DNA of 63,721 nt, the filler included, from Octopus bimaculoides (Eukaryota): NCBI RefSeq assembly GCF_001194135.2. It is 6 parts of 6 records of this genome, joined end to end, with 100 filler letters (N's around TTAATTAATTAA, not from the genome) between each part and the next. Parts side by side here need not be neighbours in the genome. Positions count along the whole stretch, not along the records: positions 26,509 to 49,169 come from NC_068990.1; positions 49,270 to 57,613 come from NC_068998.1; 4 more parts are not named here. One strand, written 5' to 3'. Each line of letters begins with the position of its first letter. The first letter of the stretch is position 1. The translations under genes were made by a program, and so were the position numbers. A model generated the notes under the pieces. It was given only the letters and a program-made list of their open reading frames with translations, made no database searches and was not told the DNA's origin. Positions 37,908 to 51,079 of the stretch are shown here, one piece after another.

Positions 37908-38175
37908 NNNNNNNNNNNNNNNNNNNNNNNNNNNNNNNNNNNNNNNNNNNNNNNNNNNNNNNNNNNNNNNNNNNNNNNNNNNNNNNNNNNNNNNNATATA
38001 TATATATATATATATATATATATACGATAGGCTTCTTTCAGTTTCCGTCTATCAAATCGACTCACAAGGCTTTGGTCGGCTATAGCAGAAGACACTTGCC
38101 CAAGGTGCCACGCAATGGGACTGAACCCTGAACCATGTGGTTGGTAAGTAAGCTACTTACCACACACCATCTCCT
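37775..38175 (-). mobile_element. SINE family B with internal (CA)n/(TA)n
   Basis: The head (ACTTACCACAC, CCCAAGGTGCCACGC) and 3' part (ACACCAGCATCGGTTATCAAGCGATG) flank a microsatellite and gap. Confidence 0.88.
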
Positions 38176-39629
38176 GTATACATACATACATATATATACG
38201 TATACATACATATACACATACATTTGTATTGGCATACATGCAAGCACATACACGTATGCAGTATCATACATGCAGCAACCATCAACCTAGTAAATAATAC
38301 GAGAAATCCTTATCATATATCTACTCAGTCTGCCATCTTTAGCGGCCACATTACACATGTTATACATATAATAATTATATCGCCGCCATATAATGTTCTA
38401 TATACAAATATTCTATGAATCTTTCTCACCATACAGTGCTGCCGTCCACCGCACAATGCCACTCAATAATTACACTCTCTTAACTCTTTACGTTTATGGA
38501 GTTATTACTCACTTCAGGCAGAAAAAAAAAAGAACTTAGAATTAATAACGTTTTATCTCTCTGATCTCTCTCAATCAAACATTTCTCGGACCTAAATATT
38601 CCAATGGAAATGATATTTTGAAAAGAAACGTCTTGTTTCTCTTTTCTTTCATATCTAACAGGCATTTTCTTATTAATCTGATTTATAATAATTGCGGATT
38701 AGTGGATAATATTTCTTATATCGAAAAGGCAAACTTAATGAATATTAGGATAAATTACTGTAATTTTTGCTCCATCAAGGCTGACCTGAGGCGAGACAAC
38801 AACAACAAAAATCAACAACAACAACCTCGATACTGACGACAACAACAACTGCAACAGTTTGTTGCGTACTTGATGGGTATATATTTTATATAGAAAGGTT
38901 TATTATTCTATATTGACAGAATTTTTCCTCTGTCCAAATACGTATATATTTATATAGAATTGATGGTTGATTCCTTAAACAGTCCAGAGTTAAATCTAAC
39001 AAGACTCTGTTGGGTGTTCTGAGACGAGAAATGAATCTCTAAACACACCAATTCAATGTCTTTCTTAACTCCATGTTAGCCACAGTTAAACAAATTATTG
39101 AGCGGAGTAATTCTATCATTTTTGCTGATGCATGGCATCAAGAGTGACTTTATCCAGTGTATCTAATACAGTATGCGTGGCTTGACAAAGAATTGGCTGT
39201 TGTTTCTATCAGGTAGTGAGACAGTATAGAACCTTCATTAGCTCCATATGAGTTAAATTTAATATGAAAGCCACGTAAGAATAAAATACTGATTGTCCAC
39301 TTCCTGAAATATTACAGTAAAATAGGCACGTTGTTGCAGTTTTATATTATGTTGATTTAATTATAAAAGAAACTTATAGTAAGATACTGTAAATGTGGTA
39401 CATTCTGAATAACAAAGGTACAAAGATATACAACAGGATAAATTTGTGAATCAATTTAAAACGATTCAATATTTAAGAATTATGCATTTTATGGACTACG
39501 AAGGATTTAAAAACGTGGATTTTTATATAGAAATTCTGCGTATTTGATGGAAGTAATATTATATCAACAAAGAAAGAACATCTGATACTTTTGAAATAAA
39601 TATCATAATTGATTTGTGTGAAACACCAC

Positions 39630-40155
39630 TTTTGGAGGAGCTGATATAGTTGTGGGCTTATTGGATAAGAGTGTTTGGTGCTGCCGATATCTATGTAGAA
39701 GGGCGAAAGTTCGGGTCTTTAGATCTTTGGTCTTTTCTGCTCTGCTCTATAATTGTGAGACTTGGACACTGTGCGGAGTCCTTAGGAGTCGCCTGAGCTC
39801 CTTTGGTACCAAGAACCTTCGTAGGATTATGAGTTGCCATGGGTCGGATTTTGTATCCAACCAACGACTCTACTAAGAAACTGGGATGCATCCTGTTACT
39901 TGTATCACTCATATTGTTTGGCCACTTTGCTCGATTTTCCCTGTTAGACTCTGCTTTTAGTGTTCCCTTCACTGAGGATCCGGCTGGGTTGACGGCTCAT
40001 GTTGGTCGACCACATGTCACATGGTCATGACAGACGAGGAGCTATGTTGCAGAGATGGGGACTGACTGGGACTCTACTCGATAGGTCACCCGGGAGGACC
40101 CAGGAATATACCAACAAATGGTGAATGTAGCAACTCGCTGCCACGGCGCATGCCT
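39630..40155 (+). mobile_element. RTE LINE 3' end (third family)
   Basis: LDKSVWCCRYLCRRAKVRVFRSLV..LLYNCETWTL..LFGHFAR..GRPHVTW; short (GATCT) tail. Confidence 0.85.
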
Positions 40156-40559
40156 TCATATATGATCTGATCTGAACACCAGTAAATACTAGAATAATCA
40201 CAATGAATGAAATCCGGAAAATACTAGAGAAATAGAATCCATCTTAACGTTCTAACCTCTAACTTTCAATTGTGAGATTACGCGAAACATTTATATTTTA
40301 CTAGCTAATAAATAGCAACTTTATTTGACTAATTAAAAGTTTCTTTGGTCATTTGAGACTTAACTATTACCCGCGGAAATAATTTTTAATGAAGTTTGCC
40401 CAAAGGTTAATCAACACTTTCTAATAACATAACTTCGAAATAGATAAGCACGGCTCATATTTTACTTGCAGCATTTTTCCTAATAATTCTCTAACACTAA
40501 CCATATTCCCTCTTATATAAGATTCTCAAACTAAAATCAATATTTCACATCGTTTCTAG

Positions 40560-40880
40560 ACGTTTTACTCTTAAAGCTATGTCTCATTTATTTTCCCCAG
40601 AGTCCAAAGAATTAAAGAAAGCAAATATTTACATTGCAATATAATTGTAGACAATGCTAGAAACTATGTATTACACATATAGTATTACCGACATGATATA
40701 CCAACTCCTCAAAAGAAGTATAAATTCGATTACGTCTTACAAATCTTCGGCAGTTATAACCTTTATTTGTTTTACAATTACAAATGTACCCCAGAATTTC
40801 TGAAGTTTTCTTAAGAACTAAATTTATGATCCTTAAGTTCTTTTGATGCATAATTCGTTTTAAAGAAGTTATACACTATA
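40560..40880 (-). mobile_element. Possible Penelope-like fragment
   Basis: YICNCKTNKGYNC..IY resembles the CNCR..CPL..C..VIY linker before the GIY-YIG domain; heavily decayed. Confidence 0.3.
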
Positions 40881-41092
40881 ATTTGAGAGGCCTGGAAATG
40901 AACTGTGTTGAACAATTAAGAGCAAAATCTTAACCTAAATTAAGAGAAATGGTTTCTCTTCGAATGTCTTCGCGCGAAACATTTCGAACATGAACCTGTA
41001 CAATTATTCTTATAAAACAAACACAATCTCATACTACGGTGACGTTATCGAATTTTGTTCTTTTCAAATAATTTGTTATTTCAATTGAAATT

Positions 41093-41313
41093 TAAGGCGG
41101 CGAGCTAGCAGAGTCGTTGGCATGTCGGGCAAAATATTTAGCTGTATTTCGTCCGCTTTTACGTTCTGAGTTCAAATTCCGCCGAGATCGACTTTGTCTT
41201 TCATCCTTCTGGAGTCGATAAAATGAATGCCAGTTGTATACTGGGGTCGATGTAGTCGACTTATTCCTTCCCTCGAAATTTCAGGACTTGTGCCTACGGT
41301 AGAAAGGATTATT
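41093..41313 (+). mobile_element. tRNA-derived SINE family A, full length
   Basis: AAGGCGGCGAGCTAGCAGA (A box) .. GAGTTCAAATTCC (B box) .. CTTTCATCCTTCTGGAGTCGATAAAATG .. AGAAAGGATTATT tail. Confidence 0.9.
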
Positions 41314-41766
41314 TCGCTTGAGCTATAACGAAACAACAGGATTCAGACCATGTACCGTTCTTCATTCTACACAGAGAAAAAGGTTGAGTCAATAATTACG
41401 GAACCCTGTCAACGGTGAGGAATTTATTTCATAATATAAAATATATTTGCATCTGGATATAGCCTTAGTTGTTGTCATCATTTCTCTTTTTGAATGAGAT
41501 ATCGGCTGAGGAAGCCATCCCAACGTAGACAGCCCAAGTAATTACATTTCAATGAATATTACAACTAAATGTGTGTCAGGGGTAATCTTGAAAGGGAAAA
41601 GAAAAATGACATATAACAATATAAATGAGAAAAACGGTGTAATGATAGAATTACAGAAGAAAATGTCGAAATAAATATTGACGAATAATTGAAACGGATA
41701 TATGGGCATGTGACTGTGCGCGCGCGCGTATGTATCTATATTTATTTCTATCTATCTACATGTATC

Positions 41767-41810
<44 letters not shown>

Positions 41811-42190
41811 NNNNNNNNNNNNNNNNNNNNNNNNNNNNNNNNNNNNNNNNNNNNNNNNNNNNNNNNNNNNNNNNNNNNNNNNNNNNNNNNNNNNNNNNNN
41901 NNNNNNNNNNNNNNNNNNNNNNNNNNNNNNNNNNNNNNNNNNNNNNNNNNNNNNNNNNNNNNNNNNNNNNNNNNNNNNNNNNNNNNNNNNNNNNNNNNNN
42001 NNNNNNNNNNNNNNNNNNNNNNNNNNNNNNNNNNNNNNNNNNNNNNNNNNNNNNNNNNNNNNNNNNNNNNNNNNNNNNNNNNNNNNNNNNNNNNNNNNNN
42101 NNNNNNNNNNNNNNNNNNNNNNNNNNNNNNNNNNNNNNNNNNNNNNNNNNNNNNNNNNNNNNNNNNNNNNNNNNNNNNNNNNNNNNNNNN

Positions 42191-42348
42191 GCTCCTGTGA
42201 CGTCGCAACTCATTTCTACAGCTGAGTGAACTGGAGCAACGTGAAATAAAGTGACTTGCTCAAGAACACAACACACCGCCCGGTCCAGGATTCGAACTCC
42301 CAACCTCTCGATCGTAAGCTAAACGCTCTAACCACTGAGCCATGCGCC

Positions 42349-42353
<5 letters not shown>
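42191..42353 (-). mobile_element. tRNA-derived SINE family C
   Basis: Reverse strand reads GAAGGCGCATGGCTCAGTGGTTAGAGCG..GGGAGTTCGAATCC..TCTTGAGCAAGTCACTTTATTTC. Confidence 0.9.
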
Positions 42354-42387
<34 letters not shown>

Positions 42388-42699
42388 GTACATATATATA
42401 ACGTATTGGAATAGGAATTCAGAATCCGGGCAGATACCGCATTAGGACTCATATACTCTAGATCTGGCTAACCATATCGAATGACAGGGTACATACAAAA
42501 TTATTTAAGATAAACAGTTACAAGGTACTTTACTTGATAAGTAAACCCTGAGTTCACTTCAATGGATTTCATACAGCATACCAAGTATATAATCAAGACA
42601 TCATAAAGAAGTTAGCTTCACCCATCCGAGTGAGGAAAAAAACTTGAACATTTTGCATAGGAATGGCTACTTTGGATGAATATGTTCTACAACTGATTT

Positions 42700-43171
42700 A
42701 GTTTAAATTGATTAAATGTACATAAATGCTACATCAAAGGACATTTGCACTAACAAACAAATCTTGAAGATGTATAATTCTCCATCGCGGAGAGAGCCAA
42801 ATTTTCTTAAGGCCTATACGAAACCTGGCGTGTTAAATAGTCGGAAAGAAGTGTTTTCTAAATGTGTCCACTACAAGCGCTACTTACTGGGAAATTAAAG
42901 GTCCCCGTTTGCTTATTAGGCCTCTTATTATAGACTTATAATAGTTACTTTTTCCTCTGATTCAGGGAAAATAACCCGCCCTCATTAAGGTTGTTTTATT
43001 AAGACGTATTTCTCGTTTTCCGAGCGTTTCCTCACGCCCACGACGTAGAAATTAAAAATAAAAAAAATTTGTCGTTTTATATAGAGTCTGACGAGCTGTT
43101 CACAGGGTTTTGGCTTTGTGGGTGCGAAAACCTTAGGTAACTCTATGTCCAAGATATAAAATTTTGTTGTA
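42700..43171 (+). mobile_element. Penelope-like element 3' end / pseudo-LTR
   Basis: Frame ends ..VLNSRKEVFSKCVHYKRYLLGN* (42898), like the PLE C-terminal LNxRxExxSKCRH..KxLL; a hammerhead follows ~180 nt later. Confidence 0.75.
43079..43148 (+). ncRNA. Type I hammerhead ribozyme motif
   Basis: ATAGAGT (stem I) CTGACGA GC..TCACAGGG-loop-CTTTGTGG..GC (stem II) GAAA ACCTTAGGT (stem III) A ACTCTAT. GUA cleavage triplet; one extra A after GAAA. Confidence 0.75.
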
Positions 43172-43289
43172 ANNNNNNNNNNNNNNNNNNNNNNNNNNNN
43201 NNNNNNNNNNNNNNNNNNNNNNNNNNNNNNNNNNNNNNNNNNNNNNNNNNNNNNATAATTACTGCTCTGTTCTTTAGAGTATGCTTCTT

Positions 43290-43335
<46 letters not shown>

Positions 43336-43339
43336 CATG

Positions 43340-43620
43340 CTGAAGGATATTGCTATGAATTTGAGAAGAGAGAGGAGCACAAAAATTTCTAGATTTCTCT
43401 ACTTTTATCAAAAAAGATATTTCACTTCAGAAAAAATATTCCCAAAACTTTTAAAAAACAACAACAATTGTTCAAATGACACCATTCGAAGAAACTATAA
43501 CGACAAAACGATTATGGTCGAAATAAGGTTAAAATATCTATTCAACAATAACCTCATGAGAAACAGTCTAGACATACGAAATGTCATCCCAAATGCCTCG
43601 TGTGTCGATATAAAGCTTAA
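43340..43620 (+). mobile_element. Possible second Penelope-like fragment
   Basis: KRYFTSEKIFPKL..NDTIRRNY..TIMVEI weakly resembles PLE KHF..L.KIFN.NT.K.SY..NM..I. Confidence 0.3.
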
Positions 43621-46320
43621 GTGAGTTGCGGGCGAACTGTTTGGTGTAATAAAGTAGCATTATATATTTGAATAAAATCTGGATTTGAACAAAGGATACT
43701 GTTGTATGTATTTATAAGTGACTATGTACTTGCATACAACGGTTACAAATTCCTGCTATATTTCTAAACAGAATATAGTAAAGCTTAGGCAAATATATAT
43801 TTTCACACAACAGTGTCATTTATTTCAAAATATAATAGAACTGGGAGAAAATTTTCCGATAAAATCCTATTTTTAATATGTAGCAAACTTGTCCGCAGCT
43901 ACTGTTATGAAGCGAATTGGCGCCAAAATAGAATAAAAATGCACATTAACTTTGTAACTGATTTATTAATCCAAACAAACATAACTTTCATATCACAAAG
44001 ATACACTTAACAAAATATAGAATAGTATAATATACAAGAAATTCACGACAATTATGAGATTAAATAGCTAAGTGTTCTGTTACATTCTCTCACATATAAT
44101 ATGTACAAAAAGACAATCGGTACGCTAGAACATTGCTATACAATATCGTAAAGACCTCTTATAATCTATAGAAGATATGTGCATAATATACGATATATCT
44201 CCACATATAAACTAAACAGTTCAGATCATTCTTTAATTTTAGTTTTCACTGCTATTGTTATTTAAAGTAATTTCTAAAAACAACGGCTGATTGGATGTCG
44301 TTCTGTTGTGCGTTGAGATTTATATGACCAAGTGTAAATAAATTCTTTATTTGTACGGTCGAAGATAAATGAACGAAATTGGAGTGCAAGCACTCTGCAT
44401 AAATTCCTATTCTCTTGTCAACAAAATCTGTTGCTAATCTCTTACTTTATTCTATTTTAGACACACAAATGTAATTACCAATTTCCTCGTGAATACATGA
44501 ACTACTTTTGAGAAGTAAATTAAATATCATTAAGGTTGTTCTTTTTTTTTTTCTTTGTTCACTGAAAGTAACGATATACTTTTTATGCTTCTACGTTAAT
44601 TTTTATCGATTTATATTTTTAACAATTTCAAATGTTCTCCTCTTCTTTACTTTGCTCAAATGATTTTAACAGCTTAGAATCTACTCTGAAGTCGATAATT
44701 TGTTGAAATATATCTAAGACCATAACACATTTTAAACCAGACAAACAAACAATACACGTAAGAGAGGCTCTAGTTTAAATTTATCTAATTTGAAACTTAA
44801 GACATTATAGAATAATGGGCATTACTTGATATAAATCATATTCAATAGTGGAAGCCGATTGATATAGAACTTAGCACCCCGTTGTGGTTACTCAAATTGT
44901 AAAACATGAATTTAATTTCCCTTTGGAACCGCTTCCTTCACATTGCATCGTCGTCACATATAATTTACAATTCCTTTTAAGCTTTTTCGTTTAAATCTGT
45001 AATTCGTAATAACTGGTGCCCGAATGGATTTGGTTTTGCTGTTATAACCCATCAAACAATAACCATAATATCGACTAGATTTGGCCCGCTAACACTAAGT
45101 TGTTCATTTTCTTTCTCGTATTTGTCGCATAAAGCAGTTCAGTACCTTGTCTTACAAACAGGAAACAAATTTTATGACTTTTCGGTTGAAAGACTACAAA
45201 CATAAACTTACAGCTGTTAGGATGCTTCATTGAATTATCCTGAAAATGAATTATATACCCAAACTCATCCCCATACTAACTTAGCATTTTATTTCCTATA
45301 ATGGAAAATATTTACAGTTGTAAAGGTTGCTCAAGTAGTGTTCTTAAGACATGGGAAATAGAAGCCAGGATAGTTAGGAGCTTTTCAACGGCAATGGTAA
45401 TGAAAGGGAAGTAAAGGTGTTCCAGACGAGAAAGGAAAATGTGTCACAGACAAGCTTTTCTGCGCTTAGTTACCCGTCACTGTTGATGTAATTAAGAATT
45501 ATTTGAAGAATTAGGAGGCGTAATATCCTAACAAAGTTGAATCTAGTGTTCAGTATCTCATTGACTACGACTGGTTTAATCTCCTAGTACAATACATGTA
45601 TCTCTTTCACTTATTCTAATTACAACATGACAGATAAAACTGAACGTTTTTGTCGAATCTTTAATTAAATACTAGTTCCATTTTAAAAATACTCATTTAT
45701 GATTTCGATAATTTGTTTTCTTGCTCTAAAAATAAATGAAAATAACAATCAAATTATTTTTTCTAAAATAAAAAAAAAAAACTGTAATTATGTTTGGTGC
45801 TTCTGTAATCAGCTCTAACAGGAATGCAGACAAAGTTTTGGATAATATCATAATTGTAATCAGACATGTAAAATACTCGATATTTTTTAATGAACCGATT
45901 TGCTGGACTACATCAGTAATCATATTCCATAGTGGAGATAATAATAACACGCTACCTCGACTTCTTTTTGTAGCTTTCCTCTGAAAATAACATCTGCAGA
46001 TTCATCCATCTTGCATGCGGGACTATTATTAAAGATGGTCAGAAACCAGACAAGATGCATTTAGTGTTTCTATATTATACCTTCAGTTATTATCTGCACC
46101 ACTTGAATAGCTAAATACACACCAGTAATATACAAGTACTTATTTAAAACACTATATTTTTCCAGGTTCTTCAGGTAAAGTATAATCGGTTTTGCCATGT
46201 AATGTCACGATAAAGATATTTAGAAAAACTTCTGTCAACCTTCTTTCGTTTGGAGTCAGTAAAACCAATATCACTAATGTAATTGAGTTGATTTCATCCT
46301 TTTAAAACATTAGTCAGACG

Positions 46321-46657
46321 CAGAGGTTCTCAACCGGGGTCCATATAAACCCTAGGAGTCCATATAAAATGTTTGGGGGTCCATGCAAGAAAAATAGTAA
46401 ATTGGGGATCGACAGCAGTATTTTAAGGGTCCATGAAAATTTTGCTTTAGCTATATTTTTTCCAAGAAACAGCAAATGTTCTTTATCTAATGTTTTACAT
46501 AGTTCATCCTACACAAATTAGTGCTTGACAAATAAAATAGAAATTTTGAAAGAAGTTTCTTGAAAATAATTTTTAAGCTTCAAATGGTTATAGGGGTCCA
46601 CCAGAATAAAACAGTAACCAAAGGAATCCATAGATAAAAAATGGTTACGAACCACTG
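46321..46657. mobile_element. hAT-type MITE (337 bp)
   Basis: TIRs CAGAGGTTCTCAACC / GGTTACGAACCACTG; repeated subterminal GG(G/A)TCCA motifs; no intact 8-bp TSD. Confidence 0.8.
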
Positions 46658-47534
46658 AATTAACATAAAGTAAAATAAAAAAGTACTGTAGACACAAAAA
46701 TAATACTACAGTCGATGGCCTTTCATTATTTAGTCAGTTTCGGTATTTAGTTTTCTACTTTAGAATTTGTCCATAATTTATAAATTTATTTCTGAGATTG
46801 AAACTTCTCATTAAGGGCTTCATCTTTCAACCTTTTTCGGACGACAAAACTATTTCCTTCATATACTTGATTGTGTTACATTCTTGAGTATGATATCGTC
46901 CATTGTTTCTCATATAAAAAAGAGTAGAATAGAGCTTTTCTGTAGTATTAGTACAGAGACTAGTATACACAAGTAACTACACAAGTAAGATTTATCATCA
47001 GACTGCATGAATTATGTTATGGACAACCAAACTCACTACAAACATTACGCTCTGAAATGAATGTTTAAAGTCTTGTTAACTGAACTGTCAAGAGGAAATG
47101 AAATAATTAGATTAATCAGGAAAAGAAATAGCCTATATGAATATATATTCCTCAATGATAGCATCTTTGTATTACCGGTTAATCTAGTTTAGAACCATTT
47201 CCGTCTCCTGTTAAAACAATTGCTAAGACTCCATGCTTCGCTACACAACATTCCTTGCTCTTTTCTATAGCGCTATGGATCACAGCGATGACAATTAAAT
47301 TAGGTCATAAAGGTTCTCATAAGATATTTGAAGTTAATTTGCTGAGGAAATGATTTCTCTCTGATAATTAGTACATATAAAATCAAGAGCCAGATAATAA
47401 TCATTTCATTCGTAAAAACCTATCCTACTAATCGCTACCTTTAATGTTTTGTTTCCACAAATTCTGAAATTTGGGAAAGATGAGTGAGAAAATATTAAAA
47501 GAAAAGAGGTTAAAAGAAAAGAGGCTAAAAGAAA

Positions 47535-48243
47535 AGAATTGCTTGGACCGATATTCCGTTTGTGTATGCTTTTGAAACAGAAAAAAAAGCATGCCTCTTT
47601 TTGAAACGACTTGTGACTGGCGATGAAAAATAGATTGTGTACGAAAACGTAGTGCAAAAAAAGATCCCGGAGTTTGCGTAAGGATCCCACAAAACAGCAG
47701 CCAAAGATGAATATCCATGCAAAAAAAAAAAAGCTAAGTTTTGTGTTTGGTGGTATCATAAAGGCATTATTTATTATGAGCTTCTCCCACAAATCCAATC
47801 CGAATCTAATTTGAACCGAAAAATCAAAGAATTCGCGGGTGGAGATTGCCAACAGAAAAGGGTGGGGGTGTTCCAACAAGTCAATGCCCGACCACGTGTG
47901 CCCTTTGTTACCCGAACAAAGTTACATGAACTTGGCTGGCATCACTTACTCCATCCACTATATTTTCCTGATATTGTGCCATCCACATTGTTTTTGTCTA
48001 CAGAAATCATTGCAAGGAAAAACATTTAACAATTTAGATGGAGTGAAAATGCATCTAGATAACTTTTTTTCTTCAAAACCAGTCAAGTTTTATGCTGACG
48101 GAATATTTAAACTGCCTGATAGATGGACAAAGGTCATTAATAAAAATGGAAATTATTTCACTGAATGAAATTTGTTGAAAGGTCAATTACTTATATCCAT
48201 TTTTACATATTAAAAAACACTCAGACCTTTCCGGACAACCTAA
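47535..48243 (+). mobile_element. Mariner element, catalytic domain remnant and right TIR
   Basis: LKRLVTGDEK*IVYEN, CVWWYHKGIIYYELLP, QQVNARP, LHPLYFPDIVPS, FYADGIFKLPDRWTKVI..GNYF*; ends CTTTCCGGACAACCTAA|TA. Confidence 0.92.
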
Positions 48244-48828
48244 TATTACTACGTTGATTTGTAAATGAATTTCCTTTTAAAAAAAAACTATGTTGGCGCT
48301 CAATTTCTTTCTGCCGGTTTATAAACAATACTTTCTGTACATAACCTCTATTGAGATTTACGATAAATAATGGCCAAGTACTTACAATTTTGAAGTGTTA
48401 CGAGGAGGCACTTATTGTATTTTACTGATGCAATCCAACTGATTGGCTTTGGTATAGTTTCCGTCTGCCTGATTTCACTTACAAAGCATGGGTTGTCTTT
48501 AGGTGATAGGAAATGACAATTACATGCTATTGCATCGAACCCAACACCTCATGGCTTACATCCATACACACATATACATATTTGTAAATAGTAAGGGAGT
48601 ACTCCAAACGTTTACAGGTTTGCTCTCAGTTAGGTATTCAGAATAGATTATTCAACGGTTAATATATAAATCCAATAATATTCTCATAAGATAAGAATTT
48701 AGAGATATATTCCGTTGGATAATTCTGATTGTATTACGTTAACCATATAAGTTTTCTGGAGTATATAATATCAACAACAGTAATAATAATAATAAGGATT
48801 ATTATGAAGCGCCATTTCGTAATAATCC

Positions 48829-48830
<2 letters not shown>

Positions 48831-48881
<51 letters not shown>

Positions 48882-49169
48882 TAGTTTTATTTTTATAACG
48901 TGCTTTCACTTCACTACCGAGCGCAGCTCTGTGCGCCTTGGGTATGTGCTGTGGTTTGCTGTGGTGCTCTTATGTTTACTGTATTGAAAGTGTTTTGCGT
49001 AGAATGTGTGCAGTACCCAGTAGTGCAATTTTCTGTATGTTATATATATTTGTAAGTCCTGGTGTTTTTGTTATGTATTTGTCTGAATATTTTTTTATTA
49101 TACCTAAGGCACCTACTATGATAGGAATTGTTTCTGTTTTTAGATTCCACATTCGAGTTATCTCTATTT
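48831..49169 (-). mobile_element. R4/Dong-clade LINE 3' end with (TAA)n tail, apparently young
   Basis: Uninterrupted frame IEITRMWNLKTETIPIIVGALGII..IQKIALLGTAHILRKTLSIQ* (stop 48976-48978); ~100-nt 3' UTR; (TAA)n 48831-48878; the rest is lost in the linker gap. Confidence 0.88.
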
Positions 49170-49269
49170 NNNNNNNNNNNNNNNNNNNNNNNNNNNNNNN
49201 NNNNNNNNNNNNNTTAATTAATTAANNNNNNNNNNNNNNNNNNNNNNNNNNNNNNNNNNNNNNNNNNNN
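49170..49269. other. Artificial scaffold linker
   Basis: 44 N + TTAATTAATTAA + 44 N. Confidence 0.97.
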
Positions 49270-49306
<37 letters not shown>

Positions 49307-49726
49307 ACACCCTTTAATTAGGGACCTCAACTGCAAGTCACTAAAGAAATAATAGCCACAATTAAGGTGGTGGCGGCGGTGGCGGGCAGGAAAGTGGTGA
49401 TTCAACAGACATAAAGACTGTACTCACGCAAGCGGTGAATACGTAAAAACTCATCACTATATTGATGTGTTTCTCTCTCTCTCTCTTCCTCTCCCTCTCT
49501 CTCTCTGCTTCTGTGTGTGTGTGTGTGTGTACACATATGCGTGAATGTACACACACATACACACTCACATACATACATTCATACAAAGGTATGTTTGTAT
49601 GTATGCATGTAGATATATATGTGTGTATGTGTGTATGCATATATAAAAAAAGTCACGTTCGATCACAGCACCGTTAACAGTTAAATCTCGTGCAACGGCC
49701 ATACTCGATAACGAGGGGGCAACCAT

Positions 49727-49764
<38 letters not shown>

Positions 49765-51048
49765 AATATGCATACATATTATATAGATGTGTGTAATGTA
49801 TTTTGCAAAGCAACTGCCCCCTACGAATGTGCATGATGGTATACAGCATGCACAACATATATACTCAGACGCAAATCAACATAGGCAACAATGTGTACAC
49901 ACATTTGCAAACCTACGCACGTATCTACACTCAAGAGTCTGCGTACCAGTGGCTTTGTGGATAAACATGTTGCTATTATGTTAAACTGTCGTATGTTCAA
50001 ATTTGGCCAAATGCGTTTTTTTTTCCCACTATTTAATTTTGGTTGCAATAGCCGGTTCTTTTGGTCAAACTAGCGTATCTCCAAATGCTTCAGATGCCGA
50101 GATATGAAAATTGTCAAAATGTAGTACGTGTAGTACAATGGTTTAGCATTTTTTTAAAGTGTAGCAAATTCTACATCAGACAATTGTGCAAAGATATTTC
50201 GGAATGAAAATATCATCCATGCATAGAGTTATGATTTTATGCACTCAACAAAGTATTATTGTTAAGCTGAAACCGTTGCTAATGTAAAATGAAATGGAAT
50301 GGTGAAATTATTTTTTCGTTTTTTGAAAAAGCAACGTTTTGGACTTACGACACTTTTACATATTAGCAACGAAGTATCTCTCTCTCTCTCTCTCTCTCTC
50401 TNNNNNNNNNNNNNNNNNNNNNNNNNNNNNNNNNNNNNNNNNNNNNNNNNNNNNNNNNNNNNNNNNNNNNNNNNNNNNNNNNNNNNNNNNNNNNNNNNNN
50501 NNNNNNNNNNNNNNNNNNNNNNNNNNNNNNNNNNNNNNNNNNNNNNNNNNNNNNNNNNNNNNNNNNNNNNNNNNNNNNNNNNNNNNNNNNNNNNNNNNNN
50601 NNNNNNNNNNNNNNNNNNNNNNNNNNNNNNNNNNNNNNNNNNNNNNNNNNNNNNNNNNNNNNNNNNNNNNNNNNNNNNNNNNNNNNNNNNNNNNNNNNNN
50701 NNNNNNNNNNNNNNNNNNNNNNNNNNNNNNNNNNNNNNNNNNNNNNNNNNNNNNNNNNNNNNNNNNNNNNNNNNNNNNNNNNNNNNNNNNNNNNNNNNNN
50801 NNNNNNNNNNNNNNNNNNNNNNNNNNNNNNNNNNNNNNNNNNNNNNNNNNNNNNNNNNNNNNNNNNNNNNNNNNNNNNNNNNNNNNNNNNNNNNNNNNNN
50901 NNNNNNNNNNNNNNNNNNNNNNNNNNNNNNNNNNNNNNNNNNNNNNNNNNNNNNNNNNNNNNNNNNNNNNNNNNNNNNNNNNNNNNNNNNNNNNNNNNNN
51001 NNNNNNNNNNNNNNNNNNNNNNNNNNNNNNNNNNNNNNNNNNNNNNNN

Positions 51049-51079
<31 letters not shown>

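Noticed and set aside
41093-41180. tRNA-like A/B boxes (also 42270-42353, 5971-6030)
   Set aside because: SINE heads with family-specific bodies; no complete cloverleaf.
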